A stretch of 64,000 nt of DNA from Candidatus Latescibacterota bacterium (GTDB taxonomy: Bacteria > Latescibacterota > CBDEFO01): the NCBI GenBank assembly GCA_965237525.1, contig CBDEFO010000004.1:96001-160000 (forward strand), given 5' to 3'. The notes under the pieces are model-generated. The model did no database searches, had not been told where the DNA came from, and saw only the letters and a program-made list of their open reading frames with translations. This document shows positions 21,288 through 32,211 of the stretch, piece by piece. The position numbers and the translations under genes are program-made. Within the stretch, counting starts at the first letter, position 1. Each line of letters opens with the position of its first letter.

Positions 21288-22325
21288 TTAGTACCCTTCA
21301 AGGGGTAAGGATATGGTTTTCTTCTCATCGGCTGCGCGGAACACAGCCTCTGTGAGCTCCATGTACTTTAGTCCATCATAAAATGAGGGCCACACAGGCT
21401 CTCCATCTCTGATCGCGGCGATGAAATCGACCTCGACCTTTCTTAGCCCTTCTTCGGGGATGGGTATCTCCGAAAGCTCCTCCTGATCGGATTTTGCTCC
21501 GAATATCTGACAGTTGGAAAGATCATAGATCAAAGTCCCGTCAGACCCGTAGACCTCTACCTTCTCGGCAGGTCTCGACATCCCGCTGAAGTGGTATTCG
21601 ATCAAGGCTCCGTTTTCCATCTCGCCTACAACGGCCACGCTGTCGGGTCTATCGACCTTTCTCATCTGGCTTGAACCTTCAACCTTTCTGTGGGTTATGA
21701 AATGTTTTGCCACGGCGGCTACGCTCTTACAATGACCGAACCAACTGTGTATCTTCTCTGCGTACATGCCCACATCGAGCGTGTTTAAGCCTGATATCTC
21801 ATCCATCTGTCTCCAGTGGAGCGGCTTGTCCGGATCGGCGTACGCCGAATTCATCGACGTAACCACTATATTGTAGGGTTTTCCGACGAATCCCGCATCG
21901 ACTAACTCCCTCATCTTAGCGTCTCCCGCATTGTCCCCTGGGTCCGCTGGACAGAGCATCGTCACGCGGTCTGATTCTAACGATCTTTTGTACATCCGCA
22001 ACGCTTCTTCGACGTTCATGGCCATTCTGGCCTGACAGAAGACGTGCTTGTTCGCGTCTAATGCTGCTATTGTAGCCTCGCAGTGCAGATAGGGCGGAGT
22101 TGCAATTATCACGGCGTCCAGATCGTCCATCGCGATAATGTCTCTCCAATCTGTCACCGCCCTTGAGATGTTCAGCTCCCGGGCCGTTGTCTCAACTTTT
22201 TCCTTTGTCCTGTTGCAGACGGCGACGACCTCCACGCCCTCAATTTGCTTTAAGGCGGGAAAATGTCTTCCCTTGAATATGCCTCCAGCTCCGATAACTC
22301 CTATCTTGATAGTGTTCTGATTCAT
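21288..22325 (-). CDS. Gfo/Idh/MocA-family oxidoreductase
   Basis: GVIGAGG, IATPPYLH and KHVFCQARMA (EKP variant). Confidence 0.9.
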   Translation of the reverse strand: MNQNTIKIGVIGAGGIFKGRHFPALKQIEGVEVVAVCNRTKEKVETTARELNISRAVTDWRDIIAMDDLDAVIIATPPYLHCEATIAALDANKHVFCQARMAMNVEEALRMYKRSLESDRVTMLCPADPGDNAGDAKMRELVDAGFVGKPYNIVVTSMNSAYADPDKPLHWRQMDEISGLNTLDVGMYAEKIHSWFGHCKSVAAVAKHFITHRKVEGSSQMRKVDRPDSVAVVGEMENGALIEYHFSGMSRPAEKVEVYGSDGTLIYDLSNCQIFGAKSDQEELSEIPIPEEGLRKVEVDFIAAIRDGEPVWPSFYDGLKYMELTEAVFRAADEKKTISLPLEGY

Positions 22326-22398
22326 ATTTCTCCCTGTGATCTATGAGAGCACTTAAAGCCTTCGTAAGACTATCTCGTTTTGTTGCAGAGACGCTCAT

Positions 22399-22468
22399 AT
22401 AGGGGCGAACCCATGTGTTCGCCAATTTACCTAAATTTTTCCGGGCAGACACACGAGTCTGCCCCTAC
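22399..22468. repeat. GTAG-type REP doublet (REPIN-like)
   Basis: ATAGGGGCGAAC..GTTCGCC facing GGGCAGAC..GTCTGCCCCTAC. Confidence 0.65.
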
Positions 22469-22505
22469 AGATCTGTCTGTACGTTGCCCAATTCTAAAAG
22501 GACCG

Positions 22506-23438
22506 TCAGCCGTTTTGCATGTCACCTACGAGTTTCTTGAATTCTTCGCGCAGTTGGGGCGTAATCACCTCATCTCGAGACGGAAGGCGAGAACGGCCGG
22601 ATTTAAGCCCTGCGGCTTCCATCGCCGGACGTACAAAGACCCCTTCACCACCGGTTTGGGCTGCGAACTGGCCTCTAAGCTTTTTCCATGGGATCTCGAA
22701 ACGATCGAGTTCTGCCTGTGCTTCTTCGTACTTGCTTTCCTTGAGATAGTCTATCACGCGCCAGTAGGGTTCGGGACAGAAGTTAGGAGTGTGGCTTATG
22801 TAGGTCCGAACGCCAAGGATACAGGACATCACTGGCAACCCCGCGTTATCCACCACTGCAGCTTTCGGCAGGAAGCGGCGTACTCCCTCCATATACGTGA
22901 AGTAATCAGGCGAACTCCACTTGACGGCGATGCTGTTTTCTATGTCCAATATCTCGTCGATCAGGTCCATCGGCATGTCGTAGCCGGTGTACCAGTTGTT
23001 GTAAACCGCGAAGCCTATATCCGTGTCCTTGGCCACTTCCTGCATCCAGGCCATAGAGTCGCCGGGACGCCCGTCATAGTAGTACGGGCCGGCGAGCTGG
23101 ACGCAGTCGTACCGATATTCCTCGCAGAAATTGCAGAGCTCGATGCAGACCCTGATATCGGTGCTTTGTGTTCCGGCGACCATCGGAACCCTGCCATCTG
23201 CCACCTCAGCGACCGTCCTGATAACCTCTTTGCGCTCCTCTGTACTCATGCCAGTGAAATCGCCGCCGCTGCCGCCGGCCAGGAAGATCGTGTTTCCCAT
23301 GCGGGCTCCCTTGTCTATCAGCCACTGGACGTTGCTCTCCATGGCGGGAAGATCCAGAGAGAGATCCTCCTTGAACACCGTGACGAGAGGTACCAACACT
23401 CCCTGCCAACGCTCTTTCATCTCTTCTACTGTAAGCAT
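22506..23438 (-). CDS. Dihydrodipicolinate synthase/NAL-family aldolase
   Basis: PLVTVF, GGSGGDF, VYN and Schiff-base AVKW motifs. Confidence 0.9.
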   Translation of the reverse strand: MLTVEEMKERWQGVLVPLVTVFKEDLSLDLPAMESNVQWLIDKGARMGNTIFLAGGSGGDFTGMSTEERKEVIRTVAEVADGRVPMVAGTQSTDIRVCIELCNFCEEYRYDCVQLAGPYYYDGRPGDSMAWMQEVAKDTDIGFAVYNNWYTGYDMPMDLIDEILDIENSIAVKWSSPDYFTYMEGVRRFLPKAAVVDNAGLPVMSCILGVRTYISHTPNFCPEPYWRVIDYLKESKYEEAQAELDRFEIPWKKLRGQFAAQTGGEGVFVRPAMEAAGLKSGRSRLPSRDEVITPQLREEFKKLVGDMQNG

Positions 23439-23539
23439 ATTTTCTCCTTGTCTGTTGTCGTAGGTGCTTTGTGCGCACCGCCCCAATATGCTGATAGCTG
23501 AAAAACTCCCTGGGGTCATCACGTACCCCAGATTCCCCC

Positions 23540-24202
23540 CTAGGCTCCCAAGTTTTGGTGGGTCAATATCCTCAGGCGGTCGGCCTGAGTGAGGTACCCC
23601 TCTATATTACTGAGAAACTCAGCAAACGTCTCCTCGATGGATGCTGTGGTGGTTTCCAGCGCAAACTGTCTTCGGATCAATGAGGCCGCGAAGAGTTCCT
23701 CAAAGCGCTTAAGGACTAACTCGATGTCCTTCTCTTGAAGGACTGATCTGTGGTCCGGATCCGCGGCCATACGTTCCCTGATCACCTCCGGAGACGCCCT
23801 CAAAAGCACGAGCACCGTGTCGTCAGCGACCTGCATGACCTTGTGGTCCAAGGCTTTAGCCATCGTGACCCGATCGGCGTACTCGCCGGGCCCGCCGTAC
23901 CCGTAGTAAAGCGGAGCGTAGACCGCTTCAGAGTAATAAAACCCGATCAAGCAATGATCGTTGTCGCTGTAGAAACCTGTACCGAAATGGTAGTCGATCA
24001 TGTAGCGCTGATACTTCTCTTTGAGCGATGGCACCAGAGCCAACAGCTGCTGCTGCTCCTCTTTGCTGGCTTCCTCATCGGGAAAGACGAAGTGGTCGTG
24101 AAAGGGGATGGTTCCTCCAAGCGTCTCCTGACCCCACACCCTGATTTGCGCCGCCAAAGTGCTTTTTCCCGCATACTCACATCCGATTATGATCAGTCTC
24201 AT
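23540..24202 (-). CDS. Hypothetical P-loop nucleotide kinase-like protein
   Basis: GCEYAGKST Walker A; LVLLRASPEVIRER. Confidence 0.75.
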   Translation of the reverse strand: MRLIIIGCEYAGKSTLAAQIRVWGQETLGGTIPFHDHFVFPDEEASKEEQQQLLALVPSLKEKYQRYMIDYHFGTGFYSDNDHCLIGFYYSEAVYAPLYYGYGGPGEYADRVTMAKALDHKVMQVADDTVLVLLRASPEVIRERMAADPDHRSVLQEKDIELVLKRFEELFAASLIRRQFALETTTASIEETFAEFLSNIEGYLTQADRLRILTHQNLGA

Positions 24203-24322
24203 ACGGAGCTCTCCTCTCTACTGGTTGGTACTGTCAAATCTGTCCGCACAGATCGCGTTTAACGTTTGAACGTTCATGCATCTTCTGCGGTTTTGGTTTT
24301 CGTTTGGACAATGCCCTAAGCT

Positions 24323-25249
24323 TTAGGGAACAGGCCAGCCGAACCCTATCAGAATTTGGCGGAGTCTTGCCACCTCGTCGTCGCTCAGCGGCATGGAGGG
24401 CGGACGGGGGTCGCCCATCGGATGCCCCATAACCTTCATCAGCGCCTTCTTCATCCGGGACTGCCCACCTGAACTGGTACACGACGCAGAGAAATCTATT
24501 AAGGGGGTGTTCACCTTGTCAAACAGGGCGCCCGCCTCATCGTACTGCTTTGACTCCAAGAGTTCCCATATCTTCTGATCGTGGGGAGGGTAGACCTCAG
24601 CCGTCCGATTGATGTAGCCGCGGCCTCCCATCTTATGGTTGTCCACCGGCCGACTGCTGTTGCAGATTACGTTATAGTGGTCAGAGAACTTCGCCATGTC
24701 CTCGTATTTCATTGTCTCCGGCACCTCCCACTTCACTGCGACCAAGTTCTCAATGTCCTTCATGCGCAAAACCGTCTCGGTCGTGATGCTCTCACAGCCG
24801 TACCAGAAGGTGTTGTAGAGCATAACGCCGATGTCCACAGCATCGGAGATAGCCGCGAAGTAGCGGTACAAATCGTCCTGCGTCGGATGATTAAATACCG
24901 GGAGCGGAATCTGCAATCCTACTGCTCCCATATCCTGCGCCCGCTTGGCATCTTCTATTGACCGCACGGTGTCCTTGTGCTGGATGCCGCAGAGGACAGA
25001 TGCCTTGCCGTTGGCCGCGTTGACGACGGTTCTCAGCAGGTACGGCCACTCATCGTCACGAAGCGACGGACCCTCGCCCATCGCAGCCACCACTTTGATA
25101 GGCACCTTGCCTGCTACAAGGCCCTGCTCAACCCACCACTGGGTCATCTCGCACATCAGACCGTAGTCGATCTCGTACTGATCGTCGAAGGGGGTCGGAA
25201 CGGTTGCCATGGGGCCCTGCAGGTGGAATTTCATTTCCTCCCGCGTCAT
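24323..25249 (-). CDS. DHDPS/NAL-family aldolase, tandem paralog 1
   Basis: VPTPF, AAMGE, MLYN and VAVKW motifs. Confidence 0.9.
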   Translation of the reverse strand: MTREEMKFHLQGPMATVPTPFDDQYEIDYGLMCEMTQWWVEQGLVAGKVPIKVVAAMGEGPSLRDDEWPYLLRTVVNAANGKASVLCGIQHKDTVRSIEDAKRAQDMGAVGLQIPLPVFNHPTQDDLYRYFAAISDAVDIGVMLYNTFWYGCESITTETVLRMKDIENLVAVKWEVPETMKYEDMAKFSDHYNVICNSSRPVDNHKMGGRGYINRTAEVYPPHDQKIWELLESKQYDEAGALFDKVNTPLIDFSASCTSSGGQSRMKKALMKVMGHPMGDPRPPSMPLSDDEVARLRQILIGFGWPVP

Positions 25250-25478
25250 GAGTCTCTCCTCCTTTTCATATTTGAAAACGTTGAAAACTGGACTCCTATT
25301 TCAGACATGCCATCTTCCTAAATCCCTAAAGCCTATCCACAACAAACAGGATATCAAAAAGATTGACTATGCCACCAGCACCTCCTCTCTACCGGCTTTG
25401 CACTGGCAAATCTCACAGCCGGGATCGCTTTTGTGAGTGCTCTACGGTTTTATTTTTCTCTGGACAATGTCCTTTGCT

Positions 25479-26405
25479 TCAGGGAACAGGCCAGCCGAAC
25501 CCTATCAAAATTTGGCGGAGTCTTGCCACCTCGTCGTCGCTCAGCGGCATCGAGGGCGGTCGCGGATCACCCATCGGACGCCCCATAACCTTCGTCAGCG
25601 CCTTCTTCATCCGGGACTGTCCGCCTGAACTGGTGCAGGTGTTAGCGAAGTCTTCCAAGGCAGATTTCACCCTCTGATACATCGCACCCGCCTCATCGTA
25701 CTGCTTCGCCTCCAATAGTTCCCAGATCTTCAGATCGTGCGGAGGATAGATCTCAGACGTCCAATTGATGTAGCCGCGGCCTCCCAGCTTATGGTTGTCC
25801 ACCGGCCGGCTGCTGTTGCAGATTACGTTATAGTGGTCGGAGAACTTCGCCATGTCCTCATATACCATCGGCTCCGGCACCGTCCACTTCACTGCGACCA
25901 AGTTCTCAATGTCCTTCATGCGCAAAACCGTCTCGGTCGTGATGCTCTCACAGCCGTACCACCAGGTATTGTAGAGCATAATGCCGATGTCCACAGCATC
26001 GGAGATAGCCGCGAAGTAGCGGTACAAATCGTCCTGCGTCGGATGATTAAATACCGGGAGCGGAATCTGCAATCCTACTGCTCCCATATCCTGTGCCCGC
26101 TTGGCATCTTCTATTGACCGCACGGTGTCCTTGTGCTGGATGCCGCAGAGGACAGACGCCTTACCGTTGGCCGCGTTGACGACGGTTCTCAGCAAGTACG
26201 GCCACTCATCGTCACGAAGCGACGGACCCTCGCCCATCGCAGCCACCACTTTGATAGGCACCTTGCCCGCTACCAGGCCCTGCTCAACCCACCACTGGGT
26301 CATCTCGTACATCAGACCGTAGTCGATCTCGTACTGATCGTCGAAGGGGGTCGGAACGGTTGCCATGGGCCCCTGTAGGTGGAATTTCATTTCCTCTCGC
26401 GTCAT
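25479..26405 (-). CDS. DHDPS/NAL-family aldolase, tandem paralog 2
   Basis: Same length as paralog 1 and near-identical to it. Confidence 0.9.
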   Translation of the reverse strand: MTREEMKFHLQGPMATVPTPFDDQYEIDYGLMYEMTQWWVEQGLVAGKVPIKVVAAMGEGPSLRDDEWPYLLRTVVNAANGKASVLCGIQHKDTVRSIEDAKRAQDMGAVGLQIPLPVFNHPTQDDLYRYFAAISDAVDIGIMLYNTWWYGCESITTETVLRMKDIENLVAVKWTVPEPMVYEDMAKFSDHYNVICNSSRPVDNHKLGGRGYINWTSEIYPPHDLKIWELLEAKQYDEAGAMYQRVKSALEDFANTCTSSGGQSRMKKALTKVMGRPMGDPRPPSMPLSDDEVARLRQILIGFGWPVP

Positions 26406-26481
26406 GAGTATCTCCTCCTTATCATATTTGAAAACGTTGAAAACTGGACTCCTATTTCAGGCATGCCATCTCCCTAAATCC

Positions 26482-29400
26482 CTAGAGTCTATCCACAACA
26501 AACAGGATATCAAAAAGATTAACTATTCCATCAGACCCTCCTCCTCTTCCGTCTACTGCATCCATAAGGAACCTTGTTACTTTATCCACTCCTGATATCA
26601 CATCCGACACGCCAGACTCAGAAATCCTGCTAAGAACCACATCCACTACAAAGTCCAAATCCTCCGTGCCAATCTCGCCGTCTGGTACTCCCCTACCGGG
26701 AGGAAACTTTGACACATCCCCCATAATCCCCGTCACAGTCCGTATCATAAATCCTCCATCACCTGTTATTCCCTCAAAATCAGAACCCCGTCTCCAGCGC
26801 GTCACTCCTCCAATTTCATCGAACGTCCAACTCTTGCGCGGGTCAAGAGCGATATTTACTCCTATCGAAGGACCCACAGCAGAAGATAACTCCATAGCTA
26901 TGAACAGAGTCTGTCCCTGAGTGATTCCTAAACTAACTCTACCATCTTCAAACCTTGTGAATCCTTCCGATCCAAGCTGACTGAGACCTCCAGCAGGATC
27001 TATCACCTTACTTGTCAACGCCACGCCCGGCTCACTGCCGCTGACGTCAAAGACCCTGGCAACAAAAGGATTAAGCACACCAGTAACGTTATAACTCACA
27101 GCTAAAAGACTATCCCTCAACGTCCCTCCTGTGTTGGTCTTAACCGTATCTGTCAGGATCTCAGTCGCTGCTCTGTCCCCCACAGCGTCAAAGGAGACAG
27201 TATCGGTTACCGCATCAATAGAAACAAAAGCAAATCCGTTAGCGAGCGTGTCTGCCTGAACGTCTTGATTTCTGACTATCACGTCCACAGTGCCAGCAGA
27301 ATGAGCGGGAGTCACAGCAGTAATAATCGTATCTGACACTATGACTACATCTGTAGCTGAACTATCGCCAAAAGCAACAGTCGCTCCGCTCTGAAAACTG
27401 CTCCCTGCTATCGTCACAGGGGTACCTCCCAATTCCGTGCCAGAAGTAGGATCAATAGATTTCACAACTGGAGGAGCAATAAAAGTAAATGTATTCTCAA
27501 GTGTATCCGCCTGAGTGTCGGGATTTGTGACTTTAAGATCTACTGTACCGACAAGATGAGCGGGAGTCACAGCGGTAATAATGGTATCTGACACTACGAC
27601 TACATCTGTGGCTGAGCTATCGCCAAAGACAACAGTCGATCCGCTCTGAAAACTGCTTCCTGCTATCGTCACGGTCGTACCTCCCAATTCTGTACCAGAA
27701 GTCGGATCAATAGATGTAACAACTGGAGGAGCAACAAAAGTAAATGCGTCAGAGAGCGTGTCTGAAAGACCACTGAGGTTTGTGACGATCACATCTACAG
27801 TACTGGCAGAATGAGTGGGAGTCACTGCGGTAATAAGGGTATCCCCTACCACCACTACCTCTGTAGCTGAACTATCGCCAAAAGCAACAGTCGCTCCACT
27901 CTGGAAATTGTTCCCTGCAATGGTCACAGGCGTACCTCCCAATTCCGTGCCAGAAGTCGGATCAATAGATGTCACAGTAGGTTGAGGAAAAAAAGTATAC
28001 CCTTTCTCAAGTGTGTCTGCCTGACTGTCTGGATTTGTGGCTATTACATCTACGGTGCCAGCAGGATGAGCGGGAGTCACAGCAGTAATAATCGTATCTG
28101 ACACTATGACTACATCTGTAGCTGAACTATCGCCAAGTGTGTCTGCCTGACTGTCTGGATTTGTGGCTATTACATCTACGGTGCCAGCAGGATGAGCGGG
28201 AGTCACAGCAGTAATAATCGTATCTGACACTATGACTACATCTGTAGCTGAACTATCGCCAAAAGCAACAATCACTCCGCTCTGAAAACTGCTCCCTGCT
28301 ATCGTCACAGGGGTACCTCCCAATTCCGTGCCAGAAGTAGGATCAATAGATGTCGCAACTGGAGGAGCAATAAAAGTAAATCCATCAGAGAGCGTGTCTG
28401 CAAGACCACTGAGGTTTGTGACTATCTACATCTACTATACCAGCAGGATGAGTGGGAGTCACAGCAGTAATAACGGAATCCGACACTATGACTATGTCGG
28501 TAGCTGAGCCATCTCCGAAAGTAACAGTCGCTCCACTCTGGAAATTGCTGCCTTTTATCGTCAAAGTCGTACCTCCGAATTCTGTGCCCGAAGTAGGATC
28601 AATAGATGTCACGGCAGGAGGAGTAATAAAAGTGAATCCGTTAGAGAGGGTGTCTGAAAGACCATCTAGATTTGTAATTATCACATCTACGGTACTGGCA
28701 GGATAAGAAGGTGTTGTGGCAGTAATGCTATCCAAAGACGCTACAACTATATTTGTAGCTGTGCTATCTCCAAAAGTAACAGTCACTCCACTTAGGAAAC
28801 TGCTCCCTACTATCGTTACAGGCGTACCTCCCAATTCTGTGCCGGAAACGGGATCGATGGATGTCACAACGGGAGGAGTGGTATTCAAAAAGACTGATAC
28901 ATTATCGTTGAACACATTACTCACAGTTAGGTCATTATCGCCATCTCCATCTAAATCCGCAACGAAGACCGACCAGGTCTGAACTCCAGCGGCGTAGTCA
29001 GTCTTGGGTCCAAATGTACCATCTCCATTATTTGACAGTACTGATACACTACTGCTGGACTCATTTGCTACAACCAGGTCACTATCTCCATCACCATCTA
29101 AATCCGCACTGAATACTGAATGGGGACTACTCCCGGTGGCATAGTCCACTTTAGGCGCAAATGTCCCATTTCCACTATTCAATAAGACTGATACAGTATT
29201 ATCGCTCTTATTACCCAAAATTAGGTCATTGTCGCCGTCCCCATCCAGATCTGCACCGAACAGTGAAAGTGGACTGCTGCCGGTGGCATAGTCCACTTTA
29301 GGCGCAAATGTCCCATTTCCACTATTCAACAACACTGACACACTGTTGACGAACTGATTAGCCACGGCCAGGTCATTATCGCCATCACCATCTAAATCCA

Positions 29401-29974
29401 CACCGAATACTGCATTCGGACCAGCCCCGGCGGAATAGTCCACTTTAGGTAGAAATGTCCCATTCCCACTATTCAATAACACTGATACAGTGTTGCTGTT
29501 CTTATTGACCACGGCTAGGTCATTATCGCCATCACCATCTAAATCTGCACTGAATACTGAATGGGGCTGATCGCCAGCGGCATAGTCCACCTTAAGACCG
29601 AATGTCCCGTCTCCATTATTTAATAAGACTGATACACTATCGCTGGCGATATTGGCCACAGCTAAGTCATTCTGAAGATCTCCATCTAAATCTGCAATGA
29701 ATACTGAAAAGGGCTGATCCCCAGCGGCATAGTCCACCTTAGGTGCAAATGTCCCATTCCCGTTATTCAATAACACTGACACATTATCACTGTTCCCATT
29801 AGCCACAGCCAGGTCGTTATCTCCATCCCCGTCTAAATCTGCACTGAACACCGAAAAGGGCTGATCCCCAGCCGTATAATCAGTCTTGGGTGCGAAAAGA
29901 GCCTGCGCATAGGCAGGCGTATTCAAAGTGACCAGCAGTACCAAAGCGGTGTAGAAAGTTGTCCCTCTAATCAT
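26482..29974 (-). pseudogene. Secreted FG-GAP/VCBS beta-propeller with IPT/TIG repeats and dockerin-like tail, frameshifted near 28425
   Basis: Signal peptide, seven DLDGDxxxDL repeats, repeated VTSIDPTSGTELGGT units, C-terminal DGIVNLFDI. Confidence 0.85.
28008..28259. repeat. Perfect 126-bp in-frame tandem duplication
   Basis: 28008-28133 equals 28134-28259; CAA microhomology; 42 aa repeated. Confidence 0.9.
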
Positions 29975-30149
29975 ATCTTTCCCTCCTCCCTCAGCGTTGG
30001 TCCGTACTCCACAAGTTCGGCTTTCTATGGTGGAGTTCTAGTGGTGTTATGTGATAGGGCAAATGCAACCTGCCCGAAAAGATGGACATTTTTCAACGCC
30101 ATAGGTGTTATGTTGACCGCATCATTGCTGAAAACACAGCGGTAGAGTG

Positions 30150-30662
30150 GCTCACTCGGGTGCTCTCCAGAACCAGCTGAAGTGCCTTTCATTGCGCGAT
30201 GCGTTCAGAATGACCACGCCCCTGTCGTGCGCCACAGCCTGTGAGAAGACACTATTCTTAGGCTCTCTCATAGCGCAGTTGTACCAGCACAGTAGGGTGT
30301 GGACGAGACCTGTGGCATCTGCTGTTCCACCTGAATCCTCTCGTGGCCTGTGACTCCCATCAAGCGTATAAGTCACTCCTTCTTCTCCTTATAGAATGTC
30401 TCTATCGCGCCTTTTTCGCCTAAGGCCTGCTCGCGCTCAAATCGGATGTCGAGACAGTGCATCTGGCAGAGGTCTATGCAGTCCGTACCGAGCAGTGTAA
30501 GGGATATCTCAAAGTCTTGGCGCGCTCCTTTGGCATCGCGTTTCCCGCCTTGGTAGCCAGGTTGATGGCCGATGCAGAAGCAACTGAAGGGACAAATCCA
30601 AACATCCAAAAGCCCAGAAGCAACACGCTAATCAGAATTTCTTTAAAGTAATCTCTTCTCAT
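30150..30662 (-). pseudogene. Aldo/keto reductase remnant
   Basis: LATK and FEISLTLLGTDCIDLCQMH in different frames. Confidence 0.55.
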
Positions 30663-30903
30663 AGTTTAATTTTGGGATGAATGAAAAGGGATTACTCTCA
30701 AAGGATCATAAGCTAAGGTAAAACGAAATAGATGTCAAGGAGAATCCTATCGGGTTTTGACCCCTTACTAATGACTAAGGTCGAGCCATAGGAATGCAAT
30801 AGCGAGCGACACCGACCCTGTCAGGACTTGCGACTCCCAAGGAGACGCGGAGTGAAACTAGAATAATTCTCATTTAGACAACTTCCTACCCCTGTACTTT
30901 TAG

Positions 30904-30967
30904 CCCTAATAGTTAACAAGAAAAGGAAGTTCATTAACTAAGGGGTTGCATTATATATAGTTATGCT
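30904..30967 (+). mobile_element. Diverged solo left end of the MITE family
   Basis: TTAG-CCCTAATAGTTAAC...ATTAACTAAGGGGTTGCATTATAT..AGTTATGC aligns with the 21060 and 63242 left ends. Confidence 0.6.
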
Positions 30968-31167
30968 GTATATTCCACAAATTCTTAAGATTAGCAAGGT
31001 ACTACGCATGAACAAAAAAGATAAGTAAGTTTCGCTCAAGTTAAGGACACTTCCTGTAAGAAACTGACTGCAGATTCTTTCGGTTGAGATGTAAAACCCC
31101 ACGCTGGAGTCCCTGCTTTGAGAGAAGTTGCAAAGAACATTGAGATCGTTAAAGATCTTGCAGGATT

Positions 31168-31744
31168 GAGTCCGTAACTTTCTGTAAATTTGGCTGAATC
31201 AAAAAAGGTCATCGCCTAACCGAGGGCAGGATGATATATTTAGGAAGCAAGTGGTATTTACATTCATCCTTTACCTTGGAGGGAACGATGACCTGCAGTA
31301 AAGATACTCTATCTTTGGAGAATAAGCAAGCTTCATTGTTGGTCCCCGATTGAATCTATCGGGCAGGAAGATTTCTTGAAACAAATCGTCAGCAGTTTTT
31401 GCCAGAATTTCTTGGAACGAGAGATCACAGCTTTTCTCAAAGCAGAACTCTATGCCAGAGTAGAAGATCGTAGAGGCTATCGCAATCGCTACAAGCCCCG
31501 AACCCTAAAGACTCGTGTGAGTCGTCTACAGTTAAATGTACCGCAGGATCGACTGGGACAGTTCCACACAGAGTTATTTAGTCGTTATCAACGCAATGAG
31601 AAGGCGTTGGTGTTAGCCTTGCAGGAGTCATATCTACAAGGAGTCTCTACCCGCAAGGTGGAAAAGGTCACCCAAAAGCTCTGCGGGACCAACTTCTTCA
31701 AGTCCTTAGTGTCAAAGTTGTGTGAGGACCTGGATGACCAGATC
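31168..31744 (+). mobile_element. IS256-family remnant: left end plus 5' third of the transposase
   Basis: YRNRYKPRTLKTRV..VPQDR..LFSRYQR..GVSTRKV; ATG at 31288; interrupted at 31345 and truncated at 31744 by micro-palindromes. Confidence 0.85.
31345..31363. repeat. Micro-palindrome insertion
   Basis: CCCGATTGAATCTATCGGG; removing 16 nt restores the transposase frame. Confidence 0.85.
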
Positions 31745-31767
31745 CCCGATTGAATCTATCGGGGATC
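31741..31767. repeat. Micro-palindrome at a deletion junction
   Basis: GATCCCCGATTGAATCTATCGGGGATC. Confidence 0.85.
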
Positions 31768-31846
31768 CATCTGTCTCCATCCGATATAGACAGACTCCAC
31801 TGGCAAGGCTCCCTTGGAAGATACAAAATGAAATGGTGGATGTCAA
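31765..31846 (-). pseudogene. Promoter fused to a T9SS/FlgD-like C-terminal tail remnant
   Basis: TTGACA-17-TATCTT (as at 45648) followed directly by SLASGVCLYRMETDG (compare 46915-46960). Confidence 0.6.
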
Positions 31847-32211
31847 TGAGGAACTGTGCAAGATAATCTCAGTTCAACTGTGCAGCGGATTGCCCAATCC
31901 GAAACCACTGCACATTTCGGCTCTTTTCTCTCATTGCACTTTCAAGCTCTGCTTTAGCTGTAATCCTTGATGGAAGTCCCTGAGCATAAACAAAGAACCT
32001 GAAATTCTGTCTGAGAATCTGCAGACTATCAGATACTGGAGGTATTGACAAACAGAGAGGAAAAGATTATATTCTCAAATGCCATCGTAGGAATGCTATC
32101 CCCTAACACGACGATCTCCGGCTTCGGCCTTTGGCCTTCGGCGAACCCGCTACGCGGATTTGGAAATCGCGGGGCCGATATGCGAAATAGCAATATATTG
32201 AGGGTAGATCC

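Noticed and set aside
22380..23501. 373-aa plus-strand ORF (and similar antisense ORFs such as 35517-36212 and 62596-63138)
   Set aside because: Antisense shadows of well-supported genes with no motifs of their own
24323..26405. Near-identical gene pair as a diversity-generating retroelement template and variable region
   Set aside because: No reverse transcriptase in the window, both copies are full genes, and differences are not adenine-specific
26482..29974. Regularly spaced DNA repeats as a CRISPR array
   Set aside because: They are coding FG-GAP and IPT repeats with codon-position variation, no unique spacers and no cas genes
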